Assembly (NCBI GenBank): GCA_043228905.1
Contig: JBHGNT010000006.1
Location: 682,001 to 746,000 of the forward strand
From: Azolla caroliniana
Taxonomy: Eukaryota; Plantae; Polypodiophyta
Length of the DNA stretch: 64,000 bases
Direction: 5' to 3'
How positions within the stretch are numbered: position 1 is the first letter of the stretch; every line of letters starts with the position of its first letter. The translations under genes were made by a program, and so were the position numbers. The notes under the pieces are model-generated. The model worked only from the letters and a program-made list of their open reading frames with translations. It was not told where the DNA came from and made no database searches. This document shows, in pieces, positions 54,505 through 64,000 of this stretch.

Positions 54505-55986
54505 TCAAGCCCGAAATAATAATGCATCCTCTTCTTTTGATCCATCATTCGTTTGAATTTCAGAATGGGGTGTGGTATGTGTCTCTGTCAAAATTACAAA
54601 CTTCATCCAACTCCTCTTGTTGGTATAATGAAGACAGATATACAAGAGAATACCCATGATTGTCACCAAGCCTGCAATCATAGCCACTTTAAGAGAGGAC
54701 AAGAGCAATACAAATATAAGCAAGGCACAGGGCGGAAAACACATAAGCATACATCCAACTAGACCCATGGGGACTCGAAAAGGGCGATATATGTCAGGTG
54801 CTTTGAATCTTAACCATAGGAAAGCAGCAAATTCCAAGAGCATACCAAAGCTATAGAGAGCATTGGCAGACTGAATTATATCAGTGAACGACATGAAGGA
54901 AAGCAGCAATGCTCCGGAAAAGCTGAGCAAGATACCAATAGTCGGGGTTCCATAAGAAGACCTAGTGCTAAGGACAGCTGGTAAAATGCCCATATCAGCC
55001 ATACCAAGCACTTGAAAAGAGCTACTACTCATTTGGGCGGCAAACAAACCAAAACAAGACAGTGTGGCTCCTAACTCCATCCACCATTGAAGCCATTTTC
55101 CACCCAGACGTAGCGCGAGAATGGCGAAGAAGCCATCTTCCCACTCACTTCTTACCACATCGATGGCACCAGTTCCAGCCAAAAGCGGAAGAAGGTAGCA
55201 ACACGCTACCAAAAACCCAGCCATAAGAATAGCACGCGGAAATGTCCGACCAGGATCATCCACTTCACCAGCCAATGTACTCGCATTATCCCAGAAATTG
55301 AGATTCCAGAAGAGGACATTAAGATAGTCTCTCCAGACAACACTCTCACCATTGCCACCGACCCCGAGCCATCGAGAGGGGACCAATCTGGGCAATGACA
55401 ACCCAACCAGGATGAAGAATGGCAGGAGGGAAGCAACCCCAAGCATGACAGCAGACCATCCAACGACCGTCAGACCTCGGTAGTTGAGGTAAGTGAGTGC
55501 AAATGTGAAACCAAAGATGCCAGAAACTCGGCCGACCCCGGCTGCCACACCGGGCACGATTGATTGAAGGTAGTCTAAGCAAAGGATGGGATACGTGGCG
55601 GTGTTGATGACGCCACTAGTCCATTTCCACCATCCTTGCAAGAATCCCCAAAAAGGGCCAAATGCAGAAGATGTCCAGAGGACATATCCACCATTTTCTG
55701 GAAAAGCGGTGGACATTTCTGCAGTGACGAGCGCCTCTGGAACACTCCAGATGAAAGGGAAGAAAATGAAGCCCAAAAGTGCGAGGAGAGGGCCTCCTGC
55801 TTTAACAGACGCTTCAGTGCCGATGGGGCCACCGGAGACCTCATAAAATATAAGGAAGATCAATGGTATGAGGGTGAGCTTTTTAGATCCAGAAGCATGA
55901 TGATCCAACGCCGCTGGGGGGATATCATCTCCTTCTTCTTCTACTACTTGTTCTTCATTGCTGAGGAAGGTCTTTTTCTCTGCCAT
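54505..55986 (-). CDS. Polyamine transporter, LAT/APC family (PUT/RMV1-like, resembles At3g13620), intronless
   Basis: 493 aa multi-pass membrane protein with KKLTLIPLIFLIFYEVSGGP, FIWSVPEALVTAEMSTAFPENGGYVLW, FWNLNFWDNASTLAGEV and LEFAAFLWLR. Confidence 0.95.
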   Translation of the reverse strand: MAEKKTFLSNEEQVVEEEGDDIPPAALDHHASGSKKLTLIPLIFLIFYEVSGGPIGTEASVKAGGPLLALLGFIFFPFIWSVPEALVTAEMSTAFPENGGYVLWTSSAFGPFWGFLQGWWKWTSGVINTATYPILCLDYLQSIVPGVAAGVGRVSGIFGFTFALTYLNYRGLTVVGWSAVMLGVASLLPFFILVGLSLPRLVPSRWLGVGGNGESVVWRDYLNVLFWNLNFWDNASTLAGEVDDPGRTFPRAILMAGFLVACCYLLPLLAGTGAIDVVRSEWEDGFFAILALRLGGKWLQWWMELGATLSCFGLFAAQMSSSSFQVLGMADMGILPAVLSTRSSYGTPTIGILLSFSGALLLSFMSFTDIIQSANALYSFGMLLEFAAFLWLRFKAPDIYRPFRVPMGLVGCMLMCFPPCALLIFVLLLSSLKVAMIAGLVTIMGILLYICLHYTNKRSWMKFVILTETHTTPHSEIQTNDGSKEEDALLFRA

Positions 55987-55989
55987 GGC

Positions 55990-56071
55990 TTATGACAGAA
56001 TTAGGGTTTCCATGCGGAGATGCAGCTGTTTCTTTTCATTATGTGCGGTTGGAGGATAAGGTTGACTTCAT
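55990..56071 (-). promoter_or_regulatory. Three candidate uORFs plus a telo-box upstream of the transporter
   Basis: 56071-56039 MKSTLSSNRT*; 56039-56001 MKRNSCISAWKP*; 56013-55990 METLILS*; AAACCCTAA at 56009-56001. Confidence 0.55.
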
Positions 56072-57489
56072 GGATAGCTCGGATCAGAGAGAAAACTCTT
56101 GTTGTTGAGTAAGTAGGCTGTAAAGGATGGATGGGATGAATATACATACGTATATATATGATATATATATATGTACATAATACAGAGTCAGACAGAAGGA
56201 AAAGAGAGTGTTGGTTGCGTGAGTAGTGAGTTGGGGGGTTCGAACCCACGACCTCATATGAACCCTGCCTTATATTTGTAGTGGTATCGTATTGTATTCA
56301 TATTCTATCCTTTTGTATTTGTATTTGTATTTGTATTCATATCGTATAAATTTCAAGTATATGTAGGTAGGACAAGCATCCAGCCCCCGCCCTGATCACG
56401 TGTACATTATTGGTTCCTCGTGCATTTGGTAGTTGCCTTCGGTCCTACTTTTGAATCTGCAATAATATCACGGCAATTGTGTTGTATGTCTAAGGTTGCT
56501 TTTTCTCAATTTCTATGAGATTGCCAACACTATGTATCGATCAATCTTTGTTTCTCTTTGTGACCTTACCTTTCTTATTTTGTTAACATGGAGATTCGGT
56601 ATTAAAGCTTTCCCCTTCTTTAGCATACTCGGTTTATCACAAAAAATGCAGTTTTGTATTGTGTGAAGGTATACGCGTGTTCTCTATGAGAACTAATAAA
56701 CAAACATTCATTCATTGTCACAATTACGATCATATAATACCAAAGGAAGATTGGGGCAACTTAATCTTCTAATTCTTTCATATTACTTCTGAAATTAATT
56801 TCACCTATTTAATGTCTTGGAAAATAGTGAGCAAAATACACGCCATCAAAATCATTTTATAATATGTATTATTGTTTGTACTTGTGCACATGATAAAGCT
56901 TTCAAAGTGCCATTTTCATTATAGTGATAAAAGACTGTATTAAGTAACATTTTTATTATAGTGATAAAGACTTTGTTAAGTTGCATGTACAATCAAAAGT
57001 AGACACACATGTCAATTCATATTCACATATACTTAAAGATAGATACAACTTGGGAGCAAAAAAACAAACCTTAGCCTTGGATCACATAATGGGAGAGTAA
57101 TGAATGGACAGTGGGCAAGTTGATTTTACCGAATTTATCCATTACCGAAAAATATCAGCCACCTTTGTTTTCTAACGTTGGTCATCATTCTAACTCCAAC
57201 TAATATATGAGCTCTTCATTTAATAGACAAATGTAGATTTTCTCCCTTTATTAAGGGAAAGCGAAAAACAAATGATAATCTTTAAAGAAGTGTACGGCCT
57301 CTGCAAATAGTTATTGAGTACGTGATACGTGGGTTCATGGGCATGGTCTCACATGCACTCCTAGAAACATAGGTGGTGTAAATCGTTATGGATAGGAATG
57401 TATGGTCACATTACACCTCACAATAGGTTTCATGCAAGAGTCTCCATCATTTTTATTTTTTGAGTAAAGATTCACCGTGGTATTAATGG

Positions 57490-59200
57490 AAAGATGCCCA
57501 ATGGCTACAATAAAATATAACCCTCATACCCACCTCAACCAACATGTCGAGTAGCAAAAGCCGTCATGCATGGTCCTTCCAAGACGGGGCACAAAAAAAA
57601 CCATCTTGGTGGAGCATATCTCCATTTTGTTCTTTCCCCAAAAGAGGTGAAGACCTCTGCCTTTTTCCAAATTTCTCAAAAAGTGTTGTTGCTTAAGAAA
57701 CACAACCTCAGTCTCACCGGTTATTGCCTCATATTGACCTCTTAGAGTATGTATGAGCACCAACCATATGTCCTTGACTAACTCAACAACATTTTGTTTG
57801 ACTTTCTGAAATACACATTTACATATTGCCTAAATATCAGCAACAATTCGGTTTCAACCGAACCGAACCGCAAAACCATGGCTAAACGGTTTGTACAGTT
57901 CGATTCGATTATTGTTCAAATTTGTTTAAACAATTCGATTCGGTTTTGGGGGTGAATGGTTCGGTTCAGTTCGGTTTTAAAGGGTTTGAAACTGTGGTTT
58001 AAATGGTTTAACAATTTTTATATTTTTTAAACTTTTTTAAAATTTTCTTTTAACAAACTTTTCATTTTAGGAAAAATCTTAAAATTTTGAAATAATGAAA
58101 ATTTTTAAAATTTTGAATTTTGACCTAAGTTGAAAACCAAAACTGAACCGTAGTTTTGGCGTTTTAATGGTTTAACGGTTTGGTTTTTTACCTAACGGTT
58201 CAATTTCACGATTTCGTTGTTCGGTTCCATTTAGGTTTCAAAATATTTAGACAAGTTGGTTTGGACACTCTCGAACCGAACCGAACCGTTGTCAATTGTT
58301 AATCTTGCCTTCCACAATACCCAAACTACTCAAGAAGATATCATAGTGTTCTCTTCCAAGCAACATATTGCTGAAGGATAAGAGACCTCCAATACATGTC
58401 TTCCATCGGAGAGGAACAGAAAATCAACGTACTCCTTTTCATAATTTTGTATTTCTTCGGCCAACCTTCCCCATCTCACAAAACCCCATATGTACACCTA
58501 TTTACCATAAATAGGATACAAAATTCTCAACATCCTTTTCCAAATTGCTCTAGCAATAGGACATACCCAAAAAACATGGTGAACCAATTTAATGGGAAAA
58601 CCACAATGATCACATTTTAAATCATGGTAATGCCCCTGCATCTACGACTTCACATGAATGCCATAATGTACCAACCATCTAGATTCTAAACAATACAACT
58701 TTTTTAGGAATTTGCATGGCCCATAGTCATTTCCAGTAAGCCTTCAACCAAGAGTCTTGTACATTACCAAATCTCCAAATTTTACAAGTACTGGCATAAC
58801 AACCACGTCCCTCCTTAGCAATTCTCTACTTGGGTTGATATGATTTGCCATTTCCACTTGTTGGGATCCCACATAAGTGATCCATGGGCTTATTCCCATA
58901 GACCCACAATTCAAATAAATTGTTTATATCATTTGGATGTGGATTCAACATCCAATTTTTATTGTTCTTCCACAATATGCGAATAGGCAATATACTCCCT
59001 CGAGTTATAACTTCGTCTTCCATAAAGAGATAATGAAGTCATCCAGAAGGCAAAACCTCGAAAAGAGTTTGCATGATTGTTGTATATGAAAAAAAAAAAT
59101 TGGGCAAAATATAATGGCCAACAATGTTATGCACAATATAATATGTTGTTTGAGTGTTTAAACAATGGTATATCTTACTTAGCACCTCCCCATTCATCCT
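57490..59200 (-). pseudogene. Decayed LINE ORF2 3' region
   Basis: WVLWKAR-CKCVFQK (split by the MITE) and IWLVLIHTLRGQYEAI resemble the C-terminus of the LINE at ~36050-36180. Confidence 0.65.
57831..58301. mobile_element. hAT-type non-autonomous DNA transposon (MITE), 471 bp
   Basis: 8-bp TSD ATATTGCC/ATCTTGCC (7/8); degenerate TIRs TAAATATCAGCAAC vs TAACAATTGACAAC; subterminal AACCG/CGGTT repeats; AT-rich core. Confidence 0.8.
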
Positions 59201-62200
59201 TTTCACACGCTTCCATGAGCATATCAAGTCATTTATGCTATATATATATATTTATATGGATAGATACAAATGCACATTTGTATCTTAAACATGGAAGACT
59301 ATACACACTTAAAAGTGGAATGCGCTTATCGAACATAAAAAGGTTTTGTCAATTTATGCTTTACGCTAGATCTTGTGACAATGAGATTTTTCATTATGGA
59401 AGCACATTAAAATTTTCGCGGATATTGAGTGGATCGTGTGGGGATTCTAGAACTCCATGTGGACTTATTGAGACAAACCAAATAATTATGTTATCTTATA
59501 AAGCCAAACTACCTTTGACACTGGCAATTATCTTCCTTGCCAAGCAATCTTGCACAATTTTCCATATTAAATAGTCGCGACAAGTCGAACTCTTTTAACA
59601 CCATTTTAAAAATATAAGTGAACTTTAAATAGTCCATATTATAAGAATAGCAAAGTTAGTGGCCACAAGTAAATTGCAACAATGCATCACCCAAAACTCT
59701 CTCAATTCTTTGATTTGTCTCATGGGATTCATTGTTTAATTCTCATACATGCCATGCATGTTTTCTACATGTTCATAAACTCTCTTATGTGTGTACATAC
59801 CATTTTCATGAATAATGCAACATTGTTCTCAATTTACTCTACGAATAACCCTTTCATATAGGCCCCTTTAGAATGTAAGAAAAAAGGAACCCACACTAAA
59901 TATACAATTGTTAAATCCCTTTGAAGACATTGATCACATGGGTTAAACATACATATTAAATGGGTGAACCACCTTATTTTAATGCACATATGGAGCAGAG
60001 AAATGTAATTTGAAATGTAGGTAGTTATATAAAATTTAAATCAGCATTGATGTGCCCTTAACATAACTCGCATTCCAATTGTAACCTTCTAGTTATGAGG
60101 CAAGAAAACATATCCATGTTGTACTCTACAACTGGATATGCTTGACATGATATAGTGCCATTATGTTCATAGGGAATTGTGTTAATATCAATTGATGTTT
60201 CAAAATTCATTCTTGCATAGACCCACCATTTTTTTGCTTAAGCGTGTTATGTATATTTGCTTGTCTAGGGATGAAGTAAAAGTGCATAAGTTGAATTGCA
60301 TATTTCTACTCATAACATCATTGAGAAAGTTCAATTATAGCCTTCCCGTTATGAAGCAAGAATACATATTCATATTGTTGCTCTATTTTGATATGTTCGT
60401 CTTGATGTATTGTCAGTATGGTCATGGGGGAATGTGTTTGCGTCAAATGATGCTTCTAGCATCATTTTTGGATTTACCCGCTAATAAGTTTAGTTGAGGG
60501 TATGAAGTATGTTTGCTCATCAATGAGATGGATTGTAAGCACATCGTGAAAGCATTGCCTTTATACATTGCGTAAGAGATTCTAAATCTATTAGACATTT
60601 TTATTATTATTCTTTAATAAAATTTTGATAAACAAAAATGATGATGTAGTTGGCAATGCCCATGCTTTGTGATGTAAACATTGTGGGTTCATATTTTCAC
60701 TAAATGGGCTTGCTACAATTTTCATGATGATACTATGTGCTAATAATTTCCTTCTTAAACCATGTGTTTACAATGTTGACATTGATCATTTTCCCATGAT
60801 TCTGTCAACATTTCCATTGATCGTTTTCCCATAATTCTAAGAGTGAATGATTTTTTTTCTCTTTTACAAGGCAATGTTGATAGAAAATGCTTTACAACTA
60901 TTTGTGACAATCCTATTATATACAGGTTGATAATCACTAGTCAGAGAGAAAGGGGAAGGCATGGCCAAACAATGCAAACAATTGTACAATAGGTCACAAA
61001 CTAGGAGAGTTTGCACCAACACCAAAATTTATGTTGACATTGACAAAAGATCATATCCTGATGATTAGGAAAATACTTTCTATGATGGATGTATGTGCAT
61101 GTTGTATGATGTATCACATTTATAACATTCTCATCTAAATCAAATGGAAAGTTATTCACATTTGGATTGTTTAAACGTACACATAATGATACTTGAATGA
61201 TGTTATATAATAAGTCTTATGCGCCAATTCAATTCTTTAATATCCAAACTTGTCATCATCGTGTGATGAGGTAATGACATCCCTCGTAAATTAGGACAAC
61301 AATTGACTCAAAGGAGACATGATCTACTCTAGCTAGTGTGATGTATAGATGTAATCATTATGTCACCCTTTTCTACCCAAATGGGATAGAGACAACATGG
61401 CCATAAATCAAAGTCCCTAGTATTTGTTACTCTCAAACTATGGTACAATTACTTCGGTTCTAGGGGAGACCGTGTGGATGAGCAATACTATTGGAATTAA
61501 TAGCCAATAAGGTTGTAATGTTAAAGTTTTTGACATGTGTTGTGCTATCAAGCACAATGGTTGGAAGAGGTAAAATTTTGATTACCTTTTGTGTGATCTA
61601 AAACAATGATAATAGTAATTGTGAAATACCTAATGTAACCATAAATAGCAATCACAAATCCTTTCATATGTTTGTTTGTGTCTACTCGATGTTTGGAGAT
61701 TGTCAATGAACAATTAGATCGAGTAAATCAAATCATAGAGAAGCAACAGGTATTGTAAATACTAAATAATCAATATGCAAAAAAGAACATGTCCGGTACA
61801 TGTAGGAACATTTTTTATAATCTCATACATGGAAAGCCAATTTATTTTTAATGGACATTTGATAATATATCCAAGATATGAATAGAGATATCATTAGGTT
61901 TGGCACCAAACATTTAGAAAACCAATTTAGTGTCATTAGTCATGGATGATGAGATTGGCAATCACTTGATGGATATGTGGATTATGGAAAATATATGTAG
62001 ATATAAAACTTTAGAATCATGTGTATTAGAAATATATGAACATTTAACAAGAAAAAAGAACATGAATGGATAGCATGCATGGAGGTTTAGATCGATGACA
62101 TGATATCAATTGTACACCATGATGATAGCACTTTTCGAGAATGGAGGGTTTTCATGGGTTACACAAGCAGCAAACTTTTTAAGGCCCATAAATACACCAT

Positions 62201-63469
62201 GAACTCATTTCAATCATGGAATTGAGGGTCGAGAAAAGTGAACCCTTCGCTTAAATTAGAGATTATATTCTAATTTTTGAGAGTGACCATTGAGAATATT
62301 AAGTGACAATGACATAACAAGGATGAGATAATATAACATAGAAAATGATTTTACCTCCAACTTTATGTGGATACCATATTTCAATCGTTGTGGTCAAGCA
62401 CAAAAGATAAAACGACGGATATAGACGAACGGACCGTTGCGACGTGATATAACACATACAAAGATGGATAAAGTTCAATTGATTTCTCATGATTGGGCAC
62501 CGAGGATCTCATATATAGAGTGAGAAAACAACTTTGACATATCCAATATGGATTCATATCAAACTATATAACACTCACATGTATAGATGATGCTTTCATG
62601 TTGTGTCCATTAGTACGCAATGCATTTTGTTTTCAACCTAATTAATGAGCAAATTTTGATTATTGTAGACATGATATCTCAAAGGGACAACGAAATAACA
62701 AGAACAATAATTTGATGGACCAATGTTAGGAGATATAAATAACATATAGAAAGGCAAGGCAATGTTTTGCATATTGTGCATTAGCACATAATGTCTATGT
62801 TCCACTTGCATTAAGACGTGGATTCAGAACATTAATATGAAGATGGAGGGACAAAAGGAGGAGGAGGAGGAGGAGGAAAAGAGTAATGACGATAACACTT
62901 GATGAGTGGTTGTGACACACATGATAAGGGAAGCAATGGTGTGAGAATCATGCATCATGTCTTGTTTCCTGCCTTTGTTAAGGGAAACTTGGGACAAGGT
63001 ATTGGCAATCACAGGTCCCATGTTTCACGCTCAAGTTACGATCAACACCGATGTCTACTGCGACAACAATGAAGACAAAGAGATAAAAAATGGATATAAT
63101 AGTACCACATGGTTCGAAAAGGCAAGGCTTTTGTCCGGTTCATGGTGTCAATATAAGCATGGATGATGGATGACCTATGAGTAGGTCTTGGTTTCGGGTG
63201 GAGGGATGGGGATTGAAAGTGTGGTGGTTGGGTTCGCTAGAGCCATATGAACCGACATGACCCGAGCCAAAGCGGAGGGGTAGGCGCAACGGCAAGGGCA
63301 AAGGCAAGGCAAGGCAAGAGATGTATGTATGTGTGTATGGGGGTATGTATATATGTATCGTATCTCTGGGACCAAACTGACCAAGTGGCGACAATGGCAC
63401 ACGACCAACAAGACAATGACAATGACAAATGCAACGATGGCGACAACGTGTGTGTGTGAGAGAGAGAGC

Positions 63470-63647
63470 CTAGATGGATGTAGCTCAATTGGTAAGGTTG
63501 CCCAATGGAGACCAGGTGGTCATGGGTTCAACCCCTACATTCCACAGTGGCATCTAGTGAATTAAGAGATATATAAGAAGTATATAAGAAGTTGGTTTCG
63601 AACCCACAACTAACAACTTACCACTAGGGTAAGGTAATTACAATAAA
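63470..63647 (+). mobile_element. tRNA-derived (SINE-like) element, copy 2
   Basis: About 3 substitutions in the first 87 nt relative to copy 1; flanked on both sides by (GA)n. Confidence 0.7.
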
Positions 63648-63727
63648 AGAGAGAGAGAGAGAGCGCTTTGCACTTTGCACAGGAACCGTCGCTTAATTAA
63701 TCAAGCGTTCATTCATTTGTTCTTTAA

Positions 63728-63763
<36 letters not shown>

Positions 63764-64000
63764 AAGAAACAGGAAAGGAGTTGTTCATTTCCTCTCTTTC
63801 TCTCTGTTTATTGTGTTTTGTTTTGTTCTGCTTGCTTCCTGCTGCTTTCCTGGATATGGCGATTCGTCTGCTTCCTCAGAAACCCTAGAAATCAGTACAG
63901 CTTCCTTCTCCATACGATTTCCTCTCCTCCTATCACGGCCATTACTTCTCCTCCTCATCGGAGCTTCTTTACAGCTCTCGATTTCTGACATTTGCTATTC

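Noticed and set aside
62820-63250. Gene-like GC-richer patch beginning MALANPTTTLSIPIPPP on the minus strand
   Set aside because: Early stops and no recognisable domain; possibly a pseudogene fragment, but it cannot be supported without a search.
63785-64000. ORF 63785..63991 (minus)
   Set aside because: Short and low complexity; the CT-rich plus strand looks more like the 5' region of a gene beyond the window.

Overview
Eukaryotic, repeat-rich land-plant genomic DNA; the retroelement styles suggest a seed-free lineage such as a fern, which is inference only. Three intact host genes are present: an intronless 3-ketoacyl-CoA synthase (KCS, minus), a five-exon SMO1-type sterol C4-methyl oxidase (plus) and an intronless LAT/PUT-family polyamine transporter (minus). 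They lie among nested, decayed transposons: the 5' end of a Gypsy element with a tRNA-Trp PBS, several Copia elements and solo LTRs with resolvable TSDs, three L1-like LINEs (one with a 5' inversion), an hAT-type MITE and tRNA-derived elements. The two most interesting signals are (i) a chain of three small uORFs directly upstream of the polyamine transporter, with a 1-nt TAATG overlap and an in-frame METLILS-stop ending 3 nt before the main ATG, and (ii) a two-copy, (GA)n-embedded element carrying two convergent tRNA-like Pol III promoter modules.
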